This document shows, in pieces, positions 46,697 to 64,000 of a stretch of DNA of 64,000 nt. The notes beneath the pieces were generated by a model. The model saw nothing but the letters and a program-made list of their open reading frames with translations, did not search any database and was not told where the DNA came from. Position 1 is the stretch's first letter, and each line of letters opens with the position of its first letter. This DNA is from Anthoceros angustus (taxonomy: Eukaryota; Plantae; Anthocerotophyta). Location: positions 372,001 to 436,000 of the forward strand of contig VJWM01000016.1 of the NCBI GenBank assembly GCA_010909165.1. Reading direction: 5' to 3'. Made by a program: the position numbers and the translations under genes.

Positions 46697-47554
46697 ATGG
46701 CCCTGACAAGCCGAGCAGCAGCGGCGGAGGCGGAAGCTGGGATCGTGTTGGATGCCGCCCGGCGCCGCTTCCAGACGCCGGACGGGAAGGCCTACCTCGA
46801 CTACCAGGAGGTGGCGGGAGGAGTCGACGGCAAGGCCAAGGCGGCGCTGGAGCTGGTGCATACCTACGTGCCGCCGAGCAAGAGAGGCGGGGGCGTGGCC
46901 TCCAAGCTGTGCCGGGCAGCTTGCGCGTACGCCCGGGAACGGAACCTGCGCATCATCCCGACCTGCTCCTACGTCTCGGTAAAAGCCCTAACCTAACCCT
47001 GCCTGCTTCATCAGCTGCAGCTGCGCTGGCCAGCTGCTGACATTACATGTGCCTGCTGTGAGTCTCACCAGGTTGCTGTGTCTCGCGGCTGCGTCATAGA
47101 TAGAGATATGTATCCTCCTGCTGCTGCCACTGGCCTTGGGACACCCTGCTTCCTCTTACTCTGTGTTAGGTGTGGGGCCGGCGATGCTGTCTGCAATCCT
47201 GCTGCCCTGCCTGCTGCCTGCCATTGCATGCTTCTCATACAGTATGTGTTCCAAGGGCGAGGTTGGGCTGTTAGGGTCCGGGGTGGTAAGCCAATGGCGC
47301 GTGAATGTGACTGTGATTGTACCGCTACTGCTGTACCTGGAGCGTGGGAGGGAAAGAAGGATCTAGCTCTCACCCAGCTGCCTTGTCATGTGATGTACAT
47401 AGCTTCGTCGAGTCGCCGATAGGCAGGCCATGCATCTTTTCCTTCCTTCTGTGCTTGTGTGCAGGAGACCTTCTTACCACGGAATCCGGACTGGATGGAC
47501 CTCGCTCTCACGGACACATCACCTCAAAGCGAGAGCATCTCCCAGGGGCAGTAA
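46697..47554 (+). CDS. Small GNAT acetyltransferase of the At1g77540/YjdJ (COG2388) type; 2 exons (46697-46978, 47465-47554)
   Basis: RRRFQTPDGKAYLDY...LELVHTYVPPSKRGGGVASKLC...IIPTCSYVS|ETFLPRNPDW matches the family signature HTYVP..RG.G.A...C...IP.CSYVS.TFLPRNP. Confidence 0.88.
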
Positions 47555-50136
47555 GGAACGGCTCCAGTGGGGTCACGGCCGTGCCTAAAACCGAGCTCTC
47601 AGTCAAAGCTGTTGTAGAATGTGTGTGTACACAAAGATACAGCCATTCCACGGCTAGTGCTGATGCTTCCAGAGTGTGTGAGCTGTTGTTGCCTAGAGGC
47701 GCATGGGTCCCAATCAGCGCGGGCTGTGATCTGTCTCCACGACAGCGCTACCAGACAAACAAATGCGCACGACCTGACGGGGAGTACAGTTGCCTCTTCT
47801 TCTCTGGTTCCTGTGCTCACAAGAGAAAGCTGATTAAAGCCGTCGACACCAAGTTCCCCACATCACCACTTACGTGTGATACCCAAGCCAGTGGTCGGGG
47901 TTGGAGTGTACCGGAGAGCCTCATAATTGCCCACCTCCAAGGGGATCTGGAACAATGCTTCGGGAACGAAACGGGTGAGCCATGACAAAAGGAACCTTCA
48001 ATTGGCTGGGCTGCACTACGGCACCGGGAGTTGGACCTTCACCACAGAATCTGGCCGCTTGTCCTTACTCCACAGCATACACAAAATATCTAGCCATAGC
48101 TGTTCTTGTTCCGATATCCTCTCTCCCGAGTCCCAACCTCACCATTTTTCTCTCACCCCCCAGACATTCTCACAACCACAACGGGATTGGTTAGCATGCC
48201 ACTCACGTGTCCGACACATGGTCGCACTCACCACCACTACACTGATTGCAGATCCCAATCAGCTCATCACACAATGCACAACCACAGCACAGGGATGATC
48301 TTACGGGTCAAACTCTCACAAACAAGAAGCATCCAAACAATCAGCCCTCGGAGGTGGAGGAGGTCTCACTCCATCCAAGGCGTGACCAACAGCAAGAATA
48401 TGAGCGGCATGTGAAACATGAGGACGCCCCGGACGCGCACTTTCTTGGGGACACCAAAAGACCCAATCAAATTTCAGCACCACTTTCTAATACATATGTC
48501 ACTTGTCTATGCACAAGCACACGATGAGGCGCTACAGACAGTAACTAATCCAGCTTCCTGACCCTGAACTTGCAAGAGGCATGCTTCAGTCAGGTCTTAG
48601 CACCCCATGACACCCGTGGTACAGGATACAAGCACTGACACAGGTAACTTGCAACCAAACAAAGACTTGAAAGGGTCCCCGTTATGTTCGTGCTGAGTTT
48701 GTTCGTCCAATCCTACCTTCTAGAAGCACCAAACCTGTGGCGTCTGCTAACCATCCATGCATATTAAGAAGAAGATGGGAACGAGCTCACAAAGTCCTTC
48801 CTCTGTCAGGACTGTCAACGACAACCACTAAATCATAACTGTAGACTGGAGTCCTCCATGCCAGTATACAAGGAAAATCAAAGCATGCACCACATACCTC
48901 CTGCTTCCTCATCTCACGTGTACAGAAATCTGAGATGCTATAGCCTACACAAGTTCAACTTGTGCTGGAATGGGAGACACTGACGTTTTCTGGACATCCC
49001 ACTGGTGCAAGCTTCAGGCTTCACCAAGTCAGATGGCGAGCACCATGCCGTCTGCTTCTTCCAGCAGATCATCAAGCAATGGGCACAGATGTCGCAGAAA
49101 CTGGAGACAACCAGTTCCACATAAGTATGGTACATGGGCAACGCATCATAAAATCTCCTTACATCCCAGAAATCAGCTTTACGCACATGTGGCGGACAAT
49201 TAAATCCTGCAAGCACAAATCCTGATAACCAGAGTTTTCTCACTCAGGTGAAGTTTAGCATTACTGTACCGCTTGTATGCAATTCGCTCCCAGTCAACAA
49301 ACAACAGGCTTGCATGGCAATCAGGCGATCTTCGAAAGGCAAACAACTGTTCCAGTGTACGTTCGATATATGCAACCGATTTGCACCAGTGCACTGTAAT
49401 GCTCATAACCCCCCATGTGAAACGTGCAGCTGCAGAATGGTACAAGGAGCTCCATATACAGGATGTGGAAGAGCCTCAGCAAAGACTAGGAACAGGGGTC
49501 CCGAGAGCAAATGGGTAAGGTACGGAACTCTGAATTTGGCCTCCTGTAAGAGGATTGCATGAAAAGCAAAACAGACCCACTGAGCAAAGTCAAAACGTAG
49601 CCGACTTAGCCACTTTCTACACACGCTCTCTACTCCAAAGTGGCCAGAACTGCTGACTCAAAAGAAACGAAATAACAAAAAATTAACACATGGCTACAAA
49701 AAAATCACTACAGCGTTGGGAGCAAACATTGAATACGGCAACCTAGTTCTGACTGAGACAGACTATCAGGAGGTGACAAACCCCAACAAGCTGACGGACA
49801 GGTGCATTCACGTGATCAACAAGCCAGTTACGAGAGCACGAACCAATGCAAAGGCTCACAAGATGAAGCGGGGGAAACGCCAGGGCAGTAAGGTACTCGC
49901 CATTCACCAACAACCGAGACTGCTGAGTGGGATGGAATATGAGCAAACTCCTAGGCTCTGATTAGATTTGCAGTTCACCAGAGTTTGTTCCTCAGTCTAC
50001 TCCTGCTGGAGTCACCAATACAATGATTAGCTACGTTATGAAAAAACCTCTCTCCACAGGTCTTTTGCAGAGTGCAGTAAACGATGGTGTCCTTAATGTG
50101 TGCAGGTACACAACTGAAAGAGGACAAAGACACTGT

Positions 50137-51457
50137 TTAAAAGCGGGTTGGAGTCTTTGCTTTTTCAACCAGCACAATGCGCCCATTCCACTCAGTTTGA
50201 TCCAGAGCCTTTATGGCAGCATCCGCATCTTCATCTCTCTCAAGAGTAAGGAACCCAAATCCTCGGGACTCCCCTGATCTGGATCCACGGCTACAAGGAA
50301 GTCAGTCTACACTTTCCAAAGTAGAGGCACACTGTCAGTGTGCACCCCCAGGTTTACATGCAAAATGTGGCGCCCTCTTCTACACCGGGTAACCTAGACA
50401 TGCAGGACGCAACTAAGACTAAGTTCTTGCATAAAGGAAAGGAACGAGGATCGCCTGCCAAAGTGCGTACCGCTTGTCACGAACAATTCGAACATCCATC
50501 ACCCGTCCATATCGGGAAAATTTCCTCTCAAGATCCCGCTCAGTTGTGATGAAGTTGAAGCCAGCGATGAATAGGTTGTTTCCTGGTTTTCCCACACCAT
50601 TACTTCTATTGGCTGGAGGAGACCAGGGCCGTCTCCTCGTGGGGGATCGCCGTTTCCCCCGAAACCTAGAAGAGCTTCTCCTTCTTGGAGAGTATTTCCT
50701 CCTGAACTCAACAGAAACCAAATGTTAGACCTGCATCGCCCATAGCAAAGCCAGTGCAACTAGCTCAATTGCAAAACCCTAGCCATCAGAGTGTCGACCA
50801 TCAAGCTTGAGATGGAACTGTGGAGTACCCGTAGGAGTAATCTCTCCGCCGTGGAGAGCGCCGATAATCACGTGGTGACCTGGACCTCGATCTTTCTCTG
50901 CGGCTTGGCGAAAGCGCTCGAGCAGATCTTGAAGGAGGCGACCTGGACCTGGACCTGGATGAGCCGGACCTGGACCTGGACCGTGACTTGGATCTGGACC
51001 TGGATCGAGACGTAGAGACCGACCTCGACCTGTCCCGCTGTGCTCTCCTCCTATCCTCTACAGATGGCGAGCGCCTCCTACCCCGATCGCGGGACCGTCT
51101 TCGAACCGGAGGCGACGGGGACCCTCTCCGGGGCTCCGGAGAAGGAGAAGCGCTGCCTCTGGGCGGAGAGGGCGACCTCCTCCTTGCAGAAGGCGTCCGC
51201 GACGCTTTCCTCCTCCCCGGCGAGGCCGAGCGTCTCCGCTTTCCAGCTGGAGAAGGCGACCTCCGCCTGCGCGGCTCTTGATGCTTGGAATTGCCATCCT
51301 GCTTCTTGCAAAGGTCCCCGTTGTTCCCCTCGGCCTCGTCCTCGCTCACGGCCTTCGCATTGCCCTCCTGGCCACCCCAGTCCCTCGCCTGCTCCTCATC
51401 CTCCAGCTGCTCTGCCTCGTCCTGCTTCTCCTTTCTTGCAGGCGCATCCGCCGCCAT
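50137..51457 (-). CDS. Ser/Arg-rich RRM protein, SR45a/Tra2-like splicing factor; 3 coding exons
   Basis: Long RS/SP-dipeptide N-terminus, then PGNNLFIAGF (RNP2), TTERDLERKFSRYGRV...IVRDKR|SGESRGFGFLTL (RNP1)...GRIVLVEKAK. ATG at 51457, TAA at 50137. Confidence 0.85.
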
Positions 51458-52655
51458 CTCCCTTTCCAATTCCACAAGCTGTGAACAACCCTCGCTCGGC
51501 GCCGCAATGCGATGAAATCCTTGCCACCCGGAGCCTACAATTCCCGGGCGCGGCTAGGCCGTCGACAGCAGGCCATCGCTGTCCATGGCCGGGGCGTGCC
51601 GCGTGAACCGACCGGGCTAGTACGGCCCACGGCCGCAACTCAATTAGACTGCTTGCTAAGGAACTTATAATGCTTCAGCGTAAAGCGTTACGTGCGCCAG
51701 GTTCTATTACCGGCCGTCACGGCTTTCTCCACGCAATGCTACGCACTGTTTGTATGTTAATCTGACGTCTTTTCAGTACATACTGTATGTGCAATGGCCT
51801 TGCAGCCCGCATGCCAGTACGATGCGAAACTGCAAAATTCGCGAGCCCCTTTCGAGGAAACCGGCCGTTGGACTGCAGATCTCACCATGCATCTATGCAT
51901 GGCAGCTCGAGGAATGGCGTTTCTCCAACAATGAGCGCATGACAAAGTATGTACAATCAAGAGTCGAGTTCGTCCATGTAGGGCTCCGCCACCACGAGCG
52001 TGGTTCCAAGTTCAGTTCTTCAAATTGCTCTGCAAAATTGGACAAGATTGTACACAGGCGTCGCTAGGACGGGATTCCCACACTCACAGACCACCTACAT
52101 ATGTTCACACCCACCACCTGCCTGTTGGCTGTTGTGGCATGGGCATGGTAGGCTGTTTGCTGTTTTCAAGACTTCGTTCCAAGGAACATCCTCGTAAAAG
52201 AAGCTGGAGCACTTGCCGGGGCATCCAGCAGGTGCCGAAGAAAATTCCGTCACATCTTGCAAGTCCACTTGTCAACCCTAAGTGAATGGTCCAGGTGCTT
52301 CAGCAAGAGAACAGAGTCACAGTCCAACGCCCCACGTCCTACCTATGCGGATTGCAAGGATTGCGCCACGAGATTGGACTGCGAGGATTGCACGGGGAGG
52401 TGGAGCGGATGCCGAGAAAGAATCGGGCACACGTGTGCTGGGGGTGACCTGGTGATGCTGAGAATGGGTGCTGAAGCCAACGCCTCCCACGGCTTTTTTG
52501 TACTGTCTCATTCCTGGGACCACGAGCTTTTCTCCCCTTCACACTTACACCGCACGAGTCGGCATCGCTGAATTCGGAGAACGGGCTGCACGAGCGCCGT
52601 TTCTCCAGTTTTCGGCTACTGGTCCCTGGATGGGTTGTGCAAAGTGGGGGCGGTG

Positions 52656-55600
52656 ATGGAAGTCGGCGTGTTTGTGACAGAGCAACTGACAGAGCCGGGA
52701 TTTATTCTGGACGAGTCCTCCGGCTTTTATTACCATGCCAGGTTTGCCCGCAGCGATGCCCATTGGTTTTTTTCGGGCGTTCACATGTATGCAGTAGATT
52801 CGGTCAGCCTGTCGTTCTTCTTCAGGAGTGTTTTGCAAATTTCTCCTGGTCCTCCTCAGATGAAGATTCGTGACTTACCTTTTTCTTGCTACTTCCTTGG
52901 ACGTGTGACTTGTGGATTAGGTTCAGACAACTGTTCTGATGTTGGCGATGTTATGGTGCACCAGATACGGTCCCTTTTGTTCTATTTCTCACCATGAGCT
53001 CTTGTCCTTGCCAGCACGGGGTTCTATCACGATCCCACAGCAGGGTGGTACTACAATACTAATGATGGCCAATATTACAAATTTGAAGAAGGCCGATATG
53101 TGCCCTTGGCATCGCAATCCCTGGAGAGCAAGTTTGACAGCAGTGAGGTTCCTGATTCAGAAAATTGCACTCCATACAATGACCTTGACGAGCAGGCTGG
53201 GAATGTTTCTTGTGTGGAAGAAATCACAGAAGACAACTCTGTGCAGCATGCACCAGAAAGTGAGCCTGTTGGAGCAGTTTCTCAAGGTGGGTCAGCTTCG
53301 TATCCAGCTTGGCACTATGACCATGGAAGGGGAATGTACTGGTACTTCGATAAGGTGTCAGTGGCCTATTACTTGTACACACAGCATGATGACAGTACGA
53401 CCTCTGTCACCATAGGTGCTGTCAGGCCTGAGGAGCAAGGTAGTTTCGGTACTGAGACAAATTGTGGAGGCCATTCTGTAGTAGTGTAATATTATCATGC
53501 AACCTGCAACTATGTTTTTCGGTCGCTGATCAGGTACGTGTATCTTGTAGAAGATGTCTGGAATGCAGCAGATCAATCACAAGTAGACGATGAGCCTCAG
53601 CCTGCTTCAAAATGGTATGTTTCAGACTCTTAGCATCGTTTGGGAAAGGCAGTCAGACACCTTGTCATGTAGTTGGTAACTATTATGTAGTCAAGGAACA
53701 TGAACCGATAATTTTGCTTATATGGGGTTGCTGGTGGACAGGATTGAAGAGACACTTATAGAGATGTACTTGCAAGGTTATACCAAAATATTGGATACCT
53801 CTGATGATTATGAAGGAACGGACTTGGCGGCTATGGTAGATTGCAGAAGCTCCCAGGATCCTCATATTAAGTCTGATGATGATCTAAGTGAAGGTTTGGA
53901 GGAAGGTGAATGGGTACCAGAAGAAGGTGAATGGGTACCAGGTGAAGGTGACTGGGATAACAGGGCCAGCAAATGGGAGGAATCAGAGTGTGTGTGGGAA
54001 AAAAATGAGCACAGGTATGCAGAGGATGATTGGCCCTGCAGGGAAAGGGAAAGTGAAAGTGAAGGTGAGCATGAAGAAGGCGAGTCTGAGGGAGAAGAAG
54101 GTGAAAGGAGGGTACTTGAAGATGCTGAGACACTTGGTGCCTCTGACATAGAGGGAGTTGCGACAAACACTTTGGTCGGTCACGATGAAGAACATTGGCA
54201 AGCTCAATTTGGGCAAGTTGCACAAGCTTCTCGTAAAGACATACAAGTTCCTGGTATAGTTGATTTGTGGGACTGGATGACCGTGACAGAAGAGGGGAAA
54301 GGGACAAAGACCAAATATTCAATGCGACTGCTTGGCCGCATAGCACCTAGTCGAAGTAAGCTTCATCCATCTCTGTCGAGTAGTGGAGGACTCATCAAAA
54401 CCAGCAGGGTCTGTGGAGCTGAGTATGACTTGGTCAAGGTCTCCTCAGGTTAGCTTATGTCTCATGAGTGTTGGAAGACTTGGTGGTTGCAAACTTTTCA
54501 CTGAGACATGTGACATATTTTCAGGCAAATTGTACAGGCTACGAAGACCAAGTTCCAAGCATTTAACATCAATTGCAGCTTTTGACTCCTCGAATCCAAC
54601 CTTAAATTGGGGGTTTCCGAACCTGGGACTATCAGAGGAGCCGACTCATGAGGCTGAGTGCTACACAGGGCAACTGAATGCTTGCCATTCTGACATGGCA
54701 ATGGAAAGGCAAACACTTCAGGTGGTGTCAAAACCGTTTGTTCCCAACCTAGGTCACTGGCGCTTCCAAGACGCGGCTACTTTCAAGGTGTCAGGATCTA
54801 CTGCCCCAGTAAGCATGTTGCCAACAAACGAGTCAGCAGGAATTCCATCACAATGCACTTTTCTCCCCGATTCCAAGTCGGCAGCAAATATACAAGCTTG
54901 AAGTGCGGTGCAAAGACGTGGGCATCCGCCTTCGCACCTGACATATGCATCTCATGGTACATATGAAGGGCCTCATTCGGTTTTCAAAGTTTAGCATGTG
55001 CTGAAATTATGGAAAACCCATAAAGGCATTGGTTTGCCTAACCTGGTGAACACGTCCATGGCCTTTGGGATGACTGGTTGCATTCCATTGCATCTCGATT
55101 GCGTGGGAGATGCAGAACAAATGCTCATAAATCCAAGATATGTGCTGACTCTGACGGCTGTGCGCTGGTGGATGGGGTTGGTTCAATCTGTGTGTATACG
55201 CATGCGACTTACCTGTGCTTATAGCTGGAGCACAAACATAGTAAGGACGGGGCTGATGTTGGCATGAAATCGTACTCACTTTGATTGCTGCAGGGACAAT
55301 CGTTAGGAGTTTCAAGTGAAGGTCTCAAAGATCCTATACAGGCATCTGGTAACTCTGGCCGAGCTGGTCTAGGCTGGACTTGACTTGTGATTGCATGAAA
55401 GTCCAAAAGATATCCATCCCACTCCTCTAGGAAACCGCCCTGAGGGGCGGACAGTGAAATCAAGCAAGGAAAGCTTCTGAACTTTAAACCTTGGCTTGAA
55501 CGGTCACCTCTAATAAGGGCCTGATGGAAAGAAATCTATGCAGAGTGTGGGAGTTGGACCAGGGATGATCTGGCTGTTCAAGCCCCGAAAAATGTGACAT

Positions 55601-57136
55601 GAGCATCTTGGCATGTCTAGCGATTTGCTGCTGACAAATGAAAGCCGGACTGATCTGCATGCTGATCTATTAGAATTAAACTAAGATCACACGGGTGATC
55701 GGCGCTACAGCATCAGAAATGTGAGGTGACTTGTTCAGTAATTTGCTGACTCCTCATGAAACCTCGTACGTGCATGTGGAAGTCATACTTTCAATGATTG
55801 GAACGCATGTGCGACTTGGCAGAAATGAAAGACCAGTGTGTAAATGTCACCTCACCGCAGGAAGCAGTCTTCCATCAAACACGTGGACTTAAATCAAGCA
55901 ACCTCTTAATACACCAGCATGACACGTGGCCTTCCACGCGAAAATCGTGTTGTATGTCTCTAGTCCTTCGTGTGAAGGCGACAAATGCTTTGAAAGACCA
56001 GCAAAAGGCTTTGGTTCTTTTCTTCTTGCTCTGATTTCTTAGATATACTGTTGCAGGGAGAGACTGGTTTGTAGGCGAGGCGATGCAGGGCACGCACACA
56101 ACTTGCATCCTCGCGGATGCTGGCGTTGGAAACCGCAAATACTTCAGACAGGTTGCGGGAGGCCCTCCGGATATTACTTAGGGCACGTGCGACAGCCACT
56201 TCTTGCTGTGCCTACACACAAATCTTTCTGGCCATCGTTATACTTCCGCCCGTGGCAAAGACAGATGTGGTCCTTGCATGCTCGGATTAGGAAGCACCTC
56301 GTCCAGCGTTGTTTGGCTCCGGGGTCGCCTCTCATCTCCCACCAAGAAATTTGTGAACCTGCTTATCCTCCTCTTTCCACACCGCCTGGTTTCACTGGAT
56401 TTTCTCCTCTTCCTATCATAGGATCGAGTCTGGATCCGCAGACTTGGAGCTCTTCCCGGCCTGTTTTATCTAGAGCTTCTTCCTCGTCGACTTGAGTTCT
56501 AACAGCTAAGTGATGTGCAGAGGCAAGGAGACCAGGTGCTGGAAACTTAGGATTTTCTCTGATATTGAAATCAGCAAAATTGAGGAGGTACCACACTATT
56601 CAAGACTTTACTCAATGTTGTGAACACTCTTCTTTAAGTTGCTCCAATGTGAATAGCAATGGTCTGTGGTGTTTCGTTTTGTCTAGCTTATGAACCAGTA
56701 TTTTGCAGAGGAAGCAGCGGTATAGGGATCGTGCGGCTGAACCAAGAATTTTTTGCACAACGGATTGGAACTGGACCTGGGCAGAAGGCCTTGCCAGTGC
56801 ATGAATTGGAGGCTTGAGGCAGAGCTTGCAACAGACATGGTAGGTGCGCTAGAAAGAGTTGCCGCACCTAGTCTGGGAGAAGACAACAAAGGGAAACGTA
56901 TGCTCATGGGCATGGGGTGGCAGGAGGTTGGTTCAATCTGTGTGTATACGCATGCGACTTACCTGTGCTTATAGCTGGAGCACAAACATAGTAAGGACAG
57001 GGCTGATGTTGGCATGAAATCGTACTCACTTTGATTGCTGCTGCAGGGACAATCGTTAGGAGTTTCAAGTGAAGGTCTCAAAGATCCTATACAGGCATCT
57101 GGTAACTCTGGCCGAGCTGGTCTAGGCTGGACTTGA
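52656..57136 (+). CDS. OCRE- and G-patch-domain RNA-processing protein, multi-exon; interrupted by a duplicated block, with indels in its 3' exons
   Basis: OCRE aromatic repeats (GFILDESSGFYYHAS|TGFYHDPTAGWYYNTNDGQYYKF); acidic EEGEW repeats; YRDRAAE at about 56720; G-patch NKGKRMLMGMGWQE|GQSLGVSSEGLKDPIQASGNSGRAGLGW* with the last exon at 57047-57136. Confidence 0.75.
55176..55972 (+). repeat. About 0.8-kb direct duplicate of 56926-57719 (last intron, last exon and 3' region of the G-patch gene), located inside that gene
   Basis: Near-identical sequence that differs only by small indels; the duplicated terminal exon is at 55294-55383. Confidence 0.92.
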
Positions 57137-58063
57137 CTTGTGATTGCATGAAAGTCCAAAAGATATCCATCCCACTCCTCTAGGAAACCGCCCTGAGGGG
57201 CGGACAGTGAAATCAAGGAAAGCTTCTGAACTTTAAACCTTGGCTTGAACGGTCACCTCTAATAAGGGCCTGATGGAAAGAAATCTATGCAGAGTGTGGG
57301 AGAGTTGGACCAGGGATGATCTGGCTGTTCAAGCCCCGAAAAAATGTGACATGAGCATCTTGGCATGTCTAGCGATTTGCTGCTGAAAGCCGGACTCCGA
57401 TCTGCATGCTGATCTATTAGAATTAAACTAAGATCACACGGGTGATCGGCGCTACAACATCAGAAATGTGAGGTGACTTGTTCAGTAATTTGCTGACTCC
57501 TCATGAAACCTCGTACGTGCATGTGGAGAAGTCATACTTTCAATGATTGGAACGCATGTGCGACTTGGCAGAAATGAAAGACCAGTGTGTAAATGTCACC
57601 TCGCAGGAAGCAGTCTTCCATCAAACACGTGGACTTAAATCAAGCAACCTCTTAATACACCAGCATGACACGTGGCCTTTCCACGCGAAAATCGTGTTGT
57701 ATGTCTCTAGTCCTTCGTGATGGCACTAGGCAATTATGATACAAAGTGGAGAAACTAAAAACCTGTGGAAAAACTTCTTAAAACGTGGCTTTCCTCGTTT
57801 CTGCAAAGAAACTGCACATCATATAACCTGATTTAGGCCCATAATCTGAAACCACTTCCGAGCGTAAGCTTAACCTGATGCAGCTCATTACCTGCGGCCA
57901 GCGAAGCAGCATTCTTGTGTTCCACTGATCTTGCCATACACGGGCAGGTCATCAGGTCAAGAAGCACAACTCAAATGCTCACCTGAGAAAAAAAAATAAA
58001 ACCTGCGCGTCAGGATGTACAACGGCTGTGCGATAAAATTTTCTCAGATAGCTTTAGGTTTGA

Positions 58064-58885
58064 TTATTCTGTTCCTAGGCTTCCAATGTGATGACCTCTT
58101 ACATGCGGGGCGCTTCCGTTTGAGCAAATGCAAGAGCAGTCCTCCCTCGCTCCATCCCGGTAACAATACGCTTATCTCGATGTACCATGCTTTATCAGAG
58201 GTATCTTGTTTTGGACTTGTCGCCAGATCTGATTGATTGCTCCATCTGGTGCATCGTACTCAAAGTACTTCCTTACCTGCAGGCAATGAGTTTTCATCTT
58301 TCTCAGTCAGAACTCAGGGATCATAAGACAACAACAACCTGGGTGCACAGGTACATTCCCAACAAGCCTAGGTGGATAGACTCAATTACCTCGCATTCGT
58401 TGCTGGTACTTGATAAGCCTTCACTATTCACATTCCTAAGTCGATGGGCTAAATATCCAGACTTGAGAGCTTTTGACGTTGGAACAAAGATGGAGAACTG
58501 GCTGTAGTCTATTTGATCTTCAAATGGAAGTTCTATGTCGTCACCACAATCACAGGTACACATATGCTGACGATGGCATCAAACAGTCTGCATGCTGATG
58601 GAGTATCACCAGCAGGATGAAGACAAAACTTAGATGTCCTCATCCCCTGCGTGGCCACGCGCCTGCTTTCTCGAGACTGTGTACCATGTCTGATAAACAT
58701 ATCACTCTCACCTCCAAGAGTTGGAAGTTCGTCTCGAATTTTCCCTCCCTGATTTCACACACACAACGATTAGCCGCCTAAGATCATGACAAGAAAAATG
58801 CTGTTCATCATCCTCCACCAGTAATTTGAGCAGTACAATCCACAAGAAGGTCAAATGCCTACATCTGAAGCTCACCTCTTTTCTC
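58064..58885 (-). pseudogene. 3' fragment of the ARAD1-like GT47 gene
   Basis: Encodes the [21 protein letters not shown]...[14 protein letters not shown]...CSCICSN region with stop at 58064. Upstream, similarity breaks at about 58885; several indels. Confidence 0.8.
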
Positions 58886-59075
58886 CGCGATGAGACCTGT
58901 TTTATAACAGTATGAGCGCAGATTCCACCAGATTCACGCCACTGCTCATTGACAGCTTGCGGCAGGCCGAGGTTCAATGAATCGTGTCCCTCCCGCACTG
59001 TTCGCGATGCCAGTGTCCACTACCGCCAGTTCGTGCACAACGCCCCTTCATCGCGGCATATCTGACCAACAAAGA

Positions 59076-62400
<3,325 letters not shown>

Positions 62401-62495
62401 GTAGGCCCTGTGCTGCTGATGGTGGTCCTTTATGTCGCGTTTCAAGGTGCTGCCCAGCTATTTTCATCGAATCTAAAGTGGTGCACAAGTTGCGT

Positions 62496-63257
<762 letters not shown>

Positions 63258-63291
63258 TTGAGAACTAGGGGCCTGCTTAAGGATAATGGGG

Positions 63292-64000
63292 AACCTGTGG
63301 AAAAACTTCTTAAAACGTGGCTTTCCTCGTTTCTGCTGCAAAGAAACTGCACATCATATAACCTGATTTAGGCCCATAATCTGAAACCACTGAGCGTAAG
63401 CTTAACCTGATGCAGCTCATTACCCCTGCGGCCGAAGCAGCATTCTTGTGTTCCACTGATCTTGCCATACACGGGCAGGTCATCAGGTCAAGAAGCACAA
63501 CTCAAATGCTCACCTGAGAAAAAAAAGATAAAACCTGCGCGTCAGGATGTACAACGGCTGTGCGATAAAATTTTCTCAGATAGCTTTAGGTTTGATTATT
63601 CTGTTCCTAGGCTTCCAATGTGATGACCCTCTTACATGCGGGGCGCTTCCGTTTGAGCAAATGCAAGAGCAGTCCTCCCCTCGCTCCATCCCGGTAACAA
63701 TACGCTTATCTCGATGTACCATGCTTTATCAGAGGTATCTTGTTTTGGACTTGTCCAGATCTGATTGATTGCTCCATCTGGTGCATCGTACTCAAGTACT
63801 TCCTTACCTGCAGGCAATGAGTTTTCATCTTTCTCAGTCAGAACTCAGGGATCATAAGGAACACAACAACAACCTGGGTGCACAGGTACATTCCCAACAA
63901 GCCTAGGTGGATAGACTCAATTACCTCGCGCATTCGTTGCTGGTACTTGATAAGCCTTTCACTATTCACATTCCTAAGTCGATGGGCTAAATATCCAGGC
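63292..64000 (-). pseudogene. Further copy of the ARAD1-like 3' region and last exons, running off the window
   Basis: Near-identical to the sequence from about 57760 and about 59805 onward; stop at 63596. This copy keeps the extra C that restores the EDCSCICSN frame. Confidence 0.85.

Overview
Gene-dense nuclear DNA from a land plant with short GT-AG introns of roughly 80-150 bp. Gene density, intron size and gene content suggest a seed-free plant, most plausibly a hornwort; this is inference and was not verified. Genes in order: a truncated VAC14-like gene, a Wee1-family kinase, an AT-rich RING ORF, LARP1, a PSRP-7/PETs-type double-S1 protein with a large coding repeat, Xaa-Pro dipeptidase, an IQ/coiled-coil protein, PMS1, a receptor-like kinase with almost no ectodomain, class I TPS1, a 5'-truncated RLE-type (CRE-like) non-LTR retrotransposon, a small GNAT, an SR/RRM protein and an OCRE+G-patch protein. 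From about 55 kb to the end the window is a patchwork of overlapping near-identical copies of the G-patch 3' end and an ARAD1-like GT47 gene. The standout is the putatively plastid-targeted S1-S1 protein, which lacks EF-Ts domains and carries 28 copies of QK(F/Y)WVAPPRGYVPP separated by P/Q/E spacers. That sticker-and-spacer layout resembles condensate or pyrenoid linker proteins, here fused to an RNA-binding ribosomal module. Many frameshifts fall in homopolymer runs (LARP1 exon 1, the S1 gene start, 55-64 kb), pointing to long-read consensus errors, so these should not be read as pseudogenisation without read support. No rRNA, tRNA or CRISPR array was recognised.
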